24,000 nt of DNA, taken from positions 1,845,547 to 1,869,546 of the forward strand of contig CP003940.1 in assembly GCA_000317655.1 (NCBI GenBank), given 5' to 3'. This DNA comes from Cyanobacterium stanieri PCC 7202 (lineage in GTDB: Bacteria > Cyanobacteriota > Cyanobacteriia > Cyanobacteriales > Cyanobacteriaceae). The position numbers and the translations under genes were made by a program. The notes beneath the pieces were generated by a model, which searched no databases, was not told where the DNA came from, and was given only the letters and a program-made list of their open reading frames with translations. Of the stretch, positions 1 to 8,000 are shown one piece after another; positions within the stretch are counted from its first letter, which is position 1; each line of letters begins with the position of its first letter.

Positions 1-345
1 GTAGGCATTCTGTTTACTGAAACTGAAGAAAGTTACACCAGCAAAAGCTCTTTTTTAGACGGAGACTTATTACCAAAATATGGTGAAAAACCCAAGGAGT
101 ATAAGTTTAGTGGGAAAAGAGTAGAGCGTGGATTGTACAAAATTGCCAATGGTAAAATCATCAATGCTGATTGCTTAGGAGCGATTAATATATTAAAAAA
201 AGTAAGCACACAGCTAGGTTTAGACTTAGCCAAGGTGCGTAGGGGAGCATTGACTCTCCCCAAACGGTATGATGTTAACAATTTAGCTAAATCATATCGT
301 AAGCACAGCGAACAGGTTTTAACCTGTGTTGCGACATCTGCTTAG
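1..345 (+). CDS. tnpB: IS200/IS605-family TnpB (OrfB) RNA-guided nuclease, C-terminal fragment (5' end lies outside the window)
   Basis: Frame 1 is open from base 1 (VGILFTETEESYTSKSSFLDGDLLPKYGEK...GKIINADCLGAINILKK...LTCVATSA*). The YTSK and NADxxGAxNI (RuvC-III-like) motifs are typical of TnpB C-termini. Stop TAG 343-345 is followed directly by a terminal stem-loop. Confidence 0.8.
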   Translation, partial: VGILFTETEESYTSKSSFLDGDLLPKYGEKPKEYKFSGKRVERGLYKIANGKIINADCLGAINILKKVSTQLGLDLAKVRRGALTLPKRYDVNNLAKSYRKHSEQVLTCVATSA

Positions 346-379
346 AATCCACGTCATTTTAATCCGTGGAGAAGTCAAC
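345..379 (+). mobile_element. Putative right-end terminal stem-loop of the TnpB element (likely 3' part of the omega-RNA scaffold)
   Basis: GAA-TCCACG-tcattttaatc-CGTGGA-GAAGTCAAC: 6-bp stem 348-353/365-370 with an 11-nt loop. The layout (TAGAATCC, stem-loop, GGAGnGTCAA) matches the end of the second TnpB element at 11882-11930 on the minus strand. Confidence 0.5.
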
Positions 380-601
380 TAGAACTGGCACTTAATGATT
401 TTTGATCGTGGTTTGATCAACTAAATAAATAATTAAGGATTATTTAATAAAAAGAAACATAGGCTATTACTGATATAAGATATAAGCTATGTTAGTTAAC
501 TTTGAAGAATATTTTTATGCAATCTTTTTTGATGAGCTTATTAAGTTAAGCTGTCTTTGTTTTATAGGTATTTAGTTTAAAATTTACTTAAATATAAATT
601 A

Positions 602-1537
602 GTGAATAATATTGTAGTCAGTATTTTTTTACAGCAAATTTTAGAACAAGTAAGTCTTGCATGGCAAGAAAAAAAAATTCATAAGTCCAATAATTATCTA
701 CCAGATGTATGTTCATTGAAGCTCAATAAAAATAATCAAAAAATAACTTTTAATAGCGCAATTTGTTTGAAATTAGCACAGTATTATTCTTTGAATCCTT
801 TAGATATAGCTGAAGATTTTATAATCATTTATGAGGGATTAGTGTTAAACCATGATTTAATTTTTTTTTCAGCCTCGGAAAATAAATTACAGTTTGCACC
901 ATCTGATTTGAAAGGATATTCAGAAAATTTGATTATTAATAATAATGTATTATCTATTTGCGATGATCCATTACACAAATTTTATTTTACTCTAAATATT
1001 TCTGGTAATGGTTGGTTAGAGTTAACCTTAACTGATGAATATTTGAGAGATTATCTTTTTCTTTTATCTAATTATAACTTTACTCATCTAGTTAGTAAAC
1101 AAAATAAAATTAGTGCTGATTTTGAATACATTTATATCCATAGTCGTTTTTGTTCTATTTTAAGATCTGCTCATGATCAAGGAATTATTAATCTCAATGA
1201 TTTTGATTTTCATCATAACTGGGGTATTCAGGGAATAGATAGAAATATTTTTAATTATTTAATAACCGAAAAAAAAGATTGTTTAGGTATAATAAAAACA
1301 ATAATATATTGTTTGGAAAACGGTTGTCATAATCAAAAAAAACAGTATTTGACTATGATAAAAGTAATGTGTCAAGCCCTTTATAAATGGGAAAAAAGAT
1401 GTAGTATTTGGGGTGCAATAAAAGACGATAACTTACCTTTAGCCCAAGGAGAATTAGCACTAAGTGCGATCGCCCTTAAATATTACCAAAGTTTATGTAA
1501 ATTAGTATTTACAGAGGATTTTCCCATAGAATTATAA
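602..1537 (+). CDS. Stand-alone DALR (arginyl-tRNA-synthetase-like anticodon-binding) domain protein; hypothetical
   Basis: 311-aa ORF with a GTG start. YIHSRFCSILRSA resembles the ArgRS motif YAHARICSILRKA. The C-terminal block LAQGELALSAIALKYYQSLCKLVFTEDFPIEL resembles the ArgRS C-terminus (ARLALV...GISAPERM). No Rossmann-fold catalytic motifs (HIGH/KMSK) were seen. Confidence 0.55.
   Translation: MNNIVVSIFLQQILEQVSLAWQEKKIHKSNNYLPDVCSLKLNKNNQKITFNSAICLKLAQYYSLNPLDIAEDFIIIYEGLVLNHDLIFFSASENKLQFAPSDLKGYSENLIINNNVLSICDDPLHKFYFTLNISGNGWLELTLTDEYLRDYLFLLSNYNFTHLVSKQNKISADFEYIYIHSRFCSILRSAHDQGIINLNDFDFHHNWGIQGIDRNIFNYLITEKKDCLGIIKTIIYCLENGCHNQKKQYLTMIKVMCQALYKWEKRCSIWGAIKDDNLPLAQGELALSAIALKYYQSLCKLVFTEDFPIEL
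1466..1473. repeat. HIP1 (highly iterated palindrome GCGATCGC); one of at least 15 copies in the window
   Basis: Perfect copies read at 1466, 2343, 4313, 5427, 7059, 7496, 7673, 13551, 14309, 14473, 17139, 18815, 19136, 22583 and 23119 (start positions). Confidence 0.9.
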
Positions 1538-3439
1538 CTACTCCATCACCCAAACATTAATATTAATTCTGCCATTAATCTTTCTGATCTGACCATTCCA
1601 ATTTGCCACACTAAAAGATCTCAAATCCGTTTCTCCATCATTCACTTGTCGTAAAGCCTCTCGTACCACAGGAGTTAAATTCCCCCTCAATAAACGGTCA
1701 AAAGTCGCCGCCATGGTTTCCATGTCCGTAGAAGTTGGAAAAGATAAATCTACTTCCCTAACACGACCACTACTATCATCGATTTTATAACTAACCTGAG
1801 CACTGCTATTGAAAATATTATCATAACTCCAAATAGTGGCATTTTCCGAAGGATTAGACTGTCTTTGACTAGGTTGTCCAAGTCTACCGACAATTTCATT
1901 AACCACATTACCAGTAGTCAACACAGGTAAAGAATTTCCACCGCCAGAGTTACCACGGGGAGGACTATCACCCCTACCTCGCCCTTGAGAGTTATTATTA
2001 TCCACGGGGGGAATAGTAGTAGGGGGTTGATTTTGTCCACCAGAAGACTCTGGAGGTATGGTGTCTGGGGAGGTGGTTTCGTTATCCGTAGCACCTGTAT
2101 CACCTTCTTGATTTTCTGCCGATTCTTCAGGGGGAATCTCTTCCTCAGTTATTTCCTCTTCTGACTGAGGACGACGGAATATATCAGGGTTTAAAATGGG
2201 GTTACGGCGATTTGATTCAATGGTAGGGGGTTCAACATCCTCGGGGGTTTCGGTGGTTTGATTTTGTCCTGATTCGTTAGCAAAGTCACCGTTAGAATTA
2301 CTAAATAAATTGGCAATTACCCCATAACCGAGGGTGAAAGAGGCGATCGCAATGAGAGATAACCATAAAATGGGTAGTAAGGCGCCAAAGAAGCCTCTTT
2401 TTTCCTCCTCCTCATATCCCTCCGTCGGAGAATCAACCGCCATAGTGCCACCATTACCCCTTCTGATGGTGCCATTATGGGAATTATTAACAATATTTGG
2501 ACTACCATAACGTCCTCCCACAGCAATGGTGGGTTCATTACTAATGGTGTGGGCAGGAGGTACATGATTGGGTATTGCAGGACTACCAAAGCCCATCGTC
2601 GCCTGATGGGAAGTATTCGGTTTCAATGCCTCCAACATTTCCGAGGCACTAGAAAAACGCTCTCGAGGACTGAAACGAATCGCTTTATCTATAACTCCTG
2701 CTAAGTTAGAATGTAAATCAGGAATTTCATCCCGCCACAAAATTTCCCCCGTACGATTATCACTACGCAAATGTTGGGGGGATTTGCCTGTCAATAAATA
2801 TACCGCCGTCAAACCTAAGCTATATAAATCACTAGAATAGATGGGGCGCCCTGCCGCTTGTTCAGAGGACATATAGCCGGGGGTACCGATTGCCATAGAG
2901 TAGGCGGACTGTCCTTGAGAATAAACAAAAGTGGTAAGGGCTTCTTTTACCGCCCCAAAATCAATTAAAACAGGTAAATTATCCTTGGCACGGAGAATAA
3001 TATTATCAGGCTTGACATCTCGATGGACAATATTTTCTCGGTGAATGTAACCCAACACAGGCAATATATTTAATAAAAATTTCTCGACCTCTTCAGGGGA
3101 CATTTTCCCCTCCTGTTGAATTTTTTTGGTAAGGGTAATACCTTCAACCCATTCCTGCACCAAATAAAAGTTTTTATCCTCGCAAAAATAAGCATGGAGA
3201 CGGGGTACTTGATTCTGCTCATCTCCCACGTGTTCTAATATACGAGCCTCTTGTTCAAAGCGATCATACATCCATTCAGGAATGCTAGACTCATTAATAA
3301 TCGGCTTGAGTTGTTTAATCACGCATCGTTTGCCCGAAGGGGAGTGGGTGTCAACCGCCAAGAAAGTTTCACCAAATCCTCCTCTACCAATCGATTCTAT
3401 GACTTTATAACGATTATTTAACAATGTTGTGGTATTCAT
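1538..3439 (-). CDS. Hanks-type Ser/Thr protein kinase with one TM segment, a Pro/Glu/Thr/Gly-rich linker and a C-terminal extracytoplasmic domain of unknown function
   Basis: 633 aa. Kinase motifs present: GRGGFGETF (P-loop), VIKQL (Lys), HRDVKPDNIIL (catalytic loop), DFG, GTPGYMSSE. A hydrophobic segment FFGALLPILWLSLIAIASFTLGYGVIANLF follows, then low-complexity sequence and a globular tail of about 110 aa. Confidence 0.9.
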   Translation of the reverse strand: MNTTTLLNNRYKVIESIGRGGFGETFLAVDTHSPSGKRCVIKQLKPIINESSIPEWMYDRFEQEARILEHVGDEQNQVPRLHAYFCEDKNFYLVQEWVEGITLTKKIQQEGKMSPEEVEKFLLNILPVLGYIHRENIVHRDVKPDNIILRAKDNLPVLIDFGAVKEALTTFVYSQGQSAYSMAIGTPGYMSSEQAAGRPIYSSDLYSLGLTAVYLLTGKSPQHLRSDNRTGEILWRDEIPDLHSNLAGVIDKAIRFSPRERFSSASEMLEALKPNTSHQATMGFGSPAIPNHVPPAHTISNEPTIAVGGRYGSPNIVNNSHNGTIRRGNGGTMAVDSPTEGYEEEEKRGFFGALLPILWLSLIAIASFTLGYGVIANLFSNSNGDFANESGQNQTTETPEDVEPPTIESNRRNPILNPDIFRRPQSEEEITEEEIPPEESAENQEGDTGATDNETTSPDTIPPESSGGQNQPPTTIPPVDNNNSQGRGRGDSPPRGNSGGGNSLPVLTTGNVVNEIVGRLGQPSQRQSNPSENATIWSYDNIFNSSAQVSYKIDDSSGRVREVDLSFPTSTDMETMAATFDRLLRGNLTPVVREALRQVNDGETDLRSFSVANWNGQIRKINGRININVWVME

Positions 3440-3584
3440 TCCTGTTAGGAAGTTATTGCTTCAAACATATTTTTCCCATCTATCATAACGATAATTTTTA
3501 AAATTTTGAGAGGGTAATTTCGACACTTTTTCCCGTAACGCTGATAAAAATGGGTAAAACGAAGGATCTTTTTTCTATTTTACC

Positions 3585-3613
3585 TTGTAAATTTTTTTTA
3601 GATTAGCTATAAT
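3585..3613 (+). promoter_or_regulatory. Sigma70-type promoter for tRNA-Ser
   Basis: TTGTAA (3585-3590), 17-nt spacer, then TATAAT (3608-3613). The tRNA 5' end lies 18 nt downstream of the -10 box. Confidence 0.5.
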
Positions 3614-3630
3614 ATTTAACTGTGTCATCT

Positions 3631-3717
3631 GGAGAGGTGGCCGAGCGGTTGAAGGCGCAGCACTGGAAATGCTGTTTGGGGGTAACTTCAACGAGGGTTC
3701 GAATCCCTCCCTCTCCG
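3631..3717 (+). tRNA. tRNA-Ser (anticodon GGA), class II with long variable arm; CCA not encoded
   Basis: Acceptor GGAGAGG/CCTCTCC plus discriminator G. D-arm GCC-GAGCGGTTGAA-GGC. Anticodon stem CAGCA/TGCTG with loop CT-GGA-AA. Long variable arm. T-arm GAGGG-TTCGAAT-CCCTC. Confidence 0.95.
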
Positions 3718-3725
3718 TACCCCAC

Positions 3726-3764
3726 AAAAAGAGCTAAGGTTAAACGCCAAGGCTCTTTTTTTTA
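3726..3764. terminator. Possible bidirectional intrinsic terminator between tRNA-Ser (+) and the PPOX-class gene (-)
   Basis: AAAAAGAGCT...GGCTCTTTTTTTT: A-run and T-run flank a short GC stem. The loop is long (about 15 nt), so the structure is weak. Confidence 0.4.
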
Positions 3765-4343
3765 TGGGTTTATGGCGGTCATTATCCAGTTATGTTGTGT
3801 GTCCAACTGATATAAATATCTATGTTGGGGATTGCCTTTGAGTAGGAGATGATCTACTTTTTGGGGTTTAAACAGTAATAAGCAAAAGGTATCGAGAGGA
3901 TTATCAAGATTCTCAGGAGTTATGGCAGATTCATTATTGAGCTTTTCTCCGGGGTTTGCCCAGCTAAATTGAATTTTGGCGTTATCGCTTAACTTTTCCC
4001 ATACTTCTTGACGGGCATTGAGCATTATTTTTTCTTCTTCTTGGTGGGTGATAATCTGAATATGACCATCTATCCTAAATTGTTCTCTGGTTTTGGTAAA
4101 GTACCAACAGATTTCGCTTCGGGATTGTTGTTGGAGATGCTGATATTTTTCGCTTCTGATGTCGGTAATGATTTGTAGCCAGTTGGTATCATTATAAAAC
4201 CCTCGAAAAACTACTGTACGATTGCTTGGTAATCCTTCGGGGGTGACGGTGGCCAGTTGAAAATAACGACTGAAGGGTTTTGACCTATTCAAATGTAGTG
4301 CTTTGGCTAAGGGCGATCGCCACGGTGCTATATTATTAGTCAT
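3762..4343 (-). CDS. PPOX-class (pyridoxamine 5'-phosphate oxidase-like) FMN-dependent protein, Alr4036-type
   Basis: 193 aa. WRSPLAKALHLNRSKPFSRYFQLATV...RTVVFRGF...ITDIRSEK...EICWYF..TREQFRI.G matches the conserved N-terminal pattern of the cyanobacterial PPOX-related family. Confidence 0.7.
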   Translation of the reverse strand: MTNNIAPWRSPLAKALHLNRSKPFSRYFQLATVTPEGLPSNRTVVFRGFYNDTNWLQIITDIRSEKYQHLQQQSRSEICWYFTKTREQFRIDGHIQIITHQEEEKIMLNARQEVWEKLSDNAKIQFSWANPGEKLNNESAITPENLDNPLDTFCLLLFKPQKVDHLLLKGNPQHRYLYQLDTQHNWIMTAINP

Positions 4344-4381
4344 AATACTAAATCCTGTTTGAATAATATACTAATTAGGGC

Positions 4382-4405
4382 GGGGAACAGGGAACGGGGA
4401 ACAGG
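4382..4405. repeat. Three 7-bp-period GGGAAC units (GGGGAACA GGGAACG GGGAACA GG)
   Basis: Read directly: GGGAAC at 4383-4388, 4390-4395 and 4397-4402, upstream of the PPOX-class gene start. Confidence 0.8.
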
Positions 4406-4525
4406 CAAAAGATAACAATTGTTTATTGTCAATTGTGACACAGTGAATAATAGTAAACTTTACTAATCGGATTTGGTATAAGGTATTCTCGAAGATAATC
4501 GGGCAACGCTCTTTAATATACCCTG

Positions 4526-5464
4526 TTAGTCTGATGCCCTTTCGATTTTTTTTCCAAAAAACAACCCTCCCCCCAGAAATAACAATCCCATGAGGGAATT
4601 TGCTTCAGGTATTGGTACGAAATCAGGATCATTTAAAGAAGCCATTGATAAAAAAGTTTCATTTTCTGGATCAAGTTCTAAAGCATTCAAACCGTAGTCA
4701 CCAAGACTTTCTGCCCAATCATTTTCCTCCGAAAAAGGATTGATGAGGGGGGATTCTTCATCCTGCAAAAAAGAAACTCCTTGGGTGAGCATATCTGCCA
4801 ATCTTCTTCTATGGGAGTTATCTCGTGACAAAGAATCTTGTTGGGCAGAATCAGATTGCCTTCTAGCATTATTTGATGGGAAATTTTGTTGGTCAGAAAA
4901 AGATTCACCTGTGCTACGGTTAGATGAGGAATTTTCCCCATTAGAAATACTATTGCTTCCTTCTGGGGAATTGCTGACAATGTCAGTGATATATCTTCTA
5001 CCGAGGGAAGGGCTAACAATATCTGTGATGGAGTCATTTCTACCTGAGAGTCTCCTTCTCAAAGGATACCTCATCCATGGAAATTGAGAGTTTAGCCCAT
5101 AAATTATTTCTGATTCATGATTGATGCCTTCTGCTAAGGGGAAAGAGAAAGATTGAATTCTTGATGCTAGAGAGGGGGAATTTTGCCTGTTGTTAGCAGA
5201 GGAATTATTATCTTGAACGTTATCACTTCTTCTTTGATTTGATGGGTTTGTGTTATTCTCTGGGCGAATATTTACTTCTACCCCTGTTAAACTCTCCGTT
5301 ACAGTTGTTTCTATGGAACTTTTCATGATTTTTTGCCAAATGCTTGATAAAGCATTGGTATTGATATAGAGAGTCGCTCCCTGCACTGGTTTTAGCACCA
5401 TGGAACTCATTATTATTGTGGTCGTTGCGATCGCACTTTTTAAAATAACTGTTGGTTCTCTCAT
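4526..5464 (-). CDS. PEP-CTERM sorting-domain protein, Ser/Asn/Arg-rich and low-complexity, with N-terminal signal-like segment
   Basis: 312 aa. The C-terminus DFVPIPEANSLMGLLFLGGGLFFGKKIERASD has a P-x-PE motif, a hydrophobic helix and a basic cluster, which is the PEP-CTERM architecture. The N-terminus AIATTTIIMSSMVLKPVQGA looks like a signal peptide. Confidence 0.7.
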   Translation of the reverse strand: MREPTVILKSAIATTTIIMSSMVLKPVQGATLYINTNALSSIWQKIMKSSIETTVTESLTGVEVNIRPENNTNPSNQRRSDNVQDNNSSANNRQNSPSLASRIQSFSFPLAEGINHESEIIYGLNSQFPWMRYPLRRRLSGRNDSITDIVSPSLGRRYITDIVSNSPEGSNSISNGENSSSNRSTGESFSDQQNFPSNNARRQSDSAQQDSLSRDNSHRRRLADMLTQGVSFLQDEESPLINPFSEENDWAESLGDYGLNALELDPENETFLSMASLNDPDFVPIPEANSLMGLLFLGGGLFFGKKIERASD

Positions 5465-5900
5465 TATCTAATATGGACTTATGGAGTAAAGAAAATTCAA
5501 TAAAAAAACAATCTTTTATCTTCATACAAAAGATTAATTTTTTTGTTGTTGGTGTTATGAAATGGGTTTTTATTTACTTACATATATTATTGTAACACTT
5601 ATGAATATTTGATTAATAACTTTATAAAAACAATACATTTTTTGATAAAAAAAGATTAAATACCTAGGTAAAATCAAGATTGAGACGGATATTTATCTTA
5701 TTGATTAATATAAAAAATAAGTATTTATATGTAGATATAATTTTATTTATAATTAACCATTGATCCCATCACTAGAACCTCACTGACAATAATTAATGGC
5801 TTTGTCAAGGAATGATAATGATCTTAAGAAAACATCAAGGTTCAGGTAAATTCGGGGTTAGTGGTCATAGGATAGTGATATTCAAGCACACAATTTGATT

Positions 5901-7364
5901 ATGAACTCCACAACATCCTCACTATTCCGACAAATCACTATGGATATTCCTCCCCTATCAGGAAAAGAAAAAGAGATAGAAAAGATTGTCAATGATCAAG
6001 AAACGGTTTTTTTAAACAAAACCGATATTAACTTAGAAGAAAAAAAAGCTCTGTTTGCCTGTGCTTTACACATGCACCAACCTACAATTCCAGCAGGATA
6101 TAAAGGGGAATTAATTTGTAATTTGCAACAGATGTTTGAGCATCAAGGGGAAGGGGATAATCATAACGCTTCTGTTTTTGCTTGGTGCTATAGTCGTATG
6201 GGGGATTTTATTCCTGAATTGGTGGCAAATGGTTGTAGCCCTCGCATTATGTTGGATTATTCGGGTAATCTTTTATGGGGATTACAACAGATGGGTAGGG
6301 AAGATATTTTAAATAATCTTCGTAAAATTACTGTAGATCCCACTTATCAACCTTATGTAGAATGGTTGGGTACGATGTGGTCCCATGGGGTGATTCCTTC
6401 TACACCTATTCCCGATATTAAGTTACATATTCAGGCATGGCAACATCATTTTATGGCTATTTTTGGGGAGGATGCTTTAAGACGGGTGAAGGGTTTTTCT
6501 CCTCCTGAGATGCACTTACCAAATCATCCTGATACTTTGTATGAATATATTAAGGCTTTAAAGGAGTGTGGTTATCGTTGGTTGTTGGTGCAGGAGCATT
6601 CGCTGGAAAGGCTGGATGGACAAGGATTGCACCATGATGATAAGTATATTCCCAATCGTTTGATGGCTAAAAATTCTCGGGGAGAGGTTATCAGTATTAC
6701 GGCGTTAATCAAAACTCAGGGTTCGGATACTAAGTTGGTGGCACAGATGCAGCCTTACCATGAGGCGAAAACCAAAGATAAGTTATCGGTAAATGGGGTG
6801 ATGATTCCTCCTTGTGTGACGCAAATTGCGGATGGGGAAAATGGGGGCGTGATGATGAATGAGTTTCCTCGGGATTTTCCTCCTCTATGGTATGACATTA
6901 AAAATTCTGATGTGGTGGGGGTAAATGGTACTGAATATCTGGAGTTGTTGGAGGCTTCTGGGGTGTCTGAGGATGATTTTCCCGTATGTCAGGCGGTGGG
7001 CCAACATAAGATATGGCAAAGGGTGGGGGATAATATTACTCCTGAAGGGGTACAAGGTGCGATCGCCTTTTTAACGGAAAATGATCATCAATTCCATACC
7101 GAAGGCGCTTCGTGGACTAATGATTTAAGTTGGGTAAAGGGTTATGAGAATGTATTACAACCCATGAATCAATTAAGTGCTTTATTTCATCAGAAATATG
7201 ATGTTTTAATAGAAGAAAGTCCTGAAATTACTAAAAGACAAGATTATCAAGAAGCCCTTTTATACAATCTTCTTTTGCAAACCAGTTGTTTTCGTTACTG
7301 GGGACAAGGCACATGGACGGATTACGCTAAACAACTATATCAGCGAGGATTGGAAATTCTCTGA
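5901..7364 (+). CDS. Glycoside hydrolase family 57-like protein
   Basis: CALHMHQPT (GH57 region I, HxHQP), PPEMHLP (candidate nucleophile Glu), IADGENGGVMMNEF (region IV, DGE..G-like) and QTSCFRYWGQG (region V-like). I prefer ATG 5901 to the TTG at 5895 used in the ORF track. Confidence 0.65.
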   Translation: MNSTTSSLFRQITMDIPPLSGKEKEIEKIVNDQETVFLNKTDINLEEKKALFACALHMHQPTIPAGYKGELICNLQQMFEHQGEGDNHNASVFAWCYSRMGDFIPELVANGCSPRIMLDYSGNLLWGLQQMGREDILNNLRKITVDPTYQPYVEWLGTMWSHGVIPSTPIPDIKLHIQAWQHHFMAIFGEDALRRVKGFSPPEMHLPNHPDTLYEYIKALKECGYRWLLVQEHSLERLDGQGLHHDDKYIPNRLMAKNSRGEVISITALIKTQGSDTKLVAQMQPYHEAKTKDKLSVNGVMIPPCVTQIADGENGGVMMNEFPRDFPPLWYDIKNSDVVGVNGTEYLELLEASGVSEDDFPVCQAVGQHKIWQRVGDNITPEGVQGAIAFLTENDHQFHTEGASWTNDLSWVKGYENVLQPMNQLSALFHQKYDVLIEESPEITKRQDYQEALLYNLLLQTSCFRYWGQGTWTDYAKQLYQRGLEIL

Positions 7365-7398
7365 TAATTGTCTCTTTTTGCCAGATACGCCATTAGGA

Positions 7399-8000
7399 TT
7401 AAATCGATTCGATGGCTTTTCTTTCTTGGGGGGTTAATTCTCTGGTTTGTCCAACATCTAAGTTATTAATGGTAAGCTGAATTTGGGGGGTAAGGGCGAT
7501 CGCTTTTCGTACTAATCTTAGGGTAGGATGGTTTACTGAGGCTGTCATTCTCCTTACCTGTCGATTTCTGCCCTCGGTAAGGGTTAATTCTATCCAAGAG
7601 GTGGGAATGTTCTTACGGTAACGAATAGGGGGATTTCTTGGGGGTAATAGAGGTTCTTTTTCGAGGTGACGGGCGATCGCTCTTTTGGTTTTTTCCCCTT
7701 AATAATTACCCCATTTTCTAGCTTTTTTAAAGACTCTAAAGAAGGGATATTTTCTACCTGTACCCAATAGGTACGAGGATGGGCAAAAGAGGGATCGCAA
7801 AGACGATGTTTAACCCTCGGATTATCCGTTAATAATAACAATCCCTCACTATCTAAATCTAATCTGCCCACTGAATAAATATGGGGTATATCAATATATT
7901 TTTTGAGGGTTTCTCGCTCTGAAGCATGGGGACTATCATCAGTGAATTGACAAAGAACATTATAGGGTTTATAAAATAAAATATAGGTGTATTTTTTCAT
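7399..8000 (-). pseudogene. rluE: RluE/RsuA-family 16S/23S rRNA pseudouridine synthase, interrupted by a one-base frameshift in a poly-A run
   Basis: The N-terminal ORF 7590-8000 carries [10 protein letters not shown] and [16 protein letters not shown] (catalytic Asp motif). The -1 frame from the A6 run (plus-strand T6 at 7689-7694) stays open for 97 codons to TAA at 7399-7401. It encodes [60 protein letters not shown]..., the expected family C-terminus including [10 protein letters not shown]. Confidence 0.8.

Noticed and set aside
33-281. 82-aa ORF antisense to the tnpB 3' fragment
   Set aside because: It lies entirely within and opposite a frame with clear TnpB motifs, and has no recognisable features of its own.
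1918-2704. ORFs 1918-2103(-), 2317-2589(-) and 2477-2704(+) inside the kinase gene
   Set aside because: These are alternative-frame or antisense ORFs in the low-complexity, relatively GC-rich linker of the kinase. Their composition is driven by the kinase frame.
3622-3810. 62-aa ORF overlapping tRNA-Ser
   Set aside because: It reads straight through a canonical tRNA and its terminator, so it is an artefact.
3631-4343. tRNA-Ser as an integration hotspot or genomic island border
   Set aside because: No integrase is adjacent, I could see no repeat of the tRNA 3' end nearby, and the neighbouring gene is a conserved cyanobacterial flavoprotein.
4687-5525. ORFs 4687-5037(-), 4740-5087(+) and 5253-5525(-) overlapping the PEP-CTERM gene
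   Set aside because: They overlap the longer ORF that has coherent signal-peptide and PEP-CTERM features, and nothing supports them independently.
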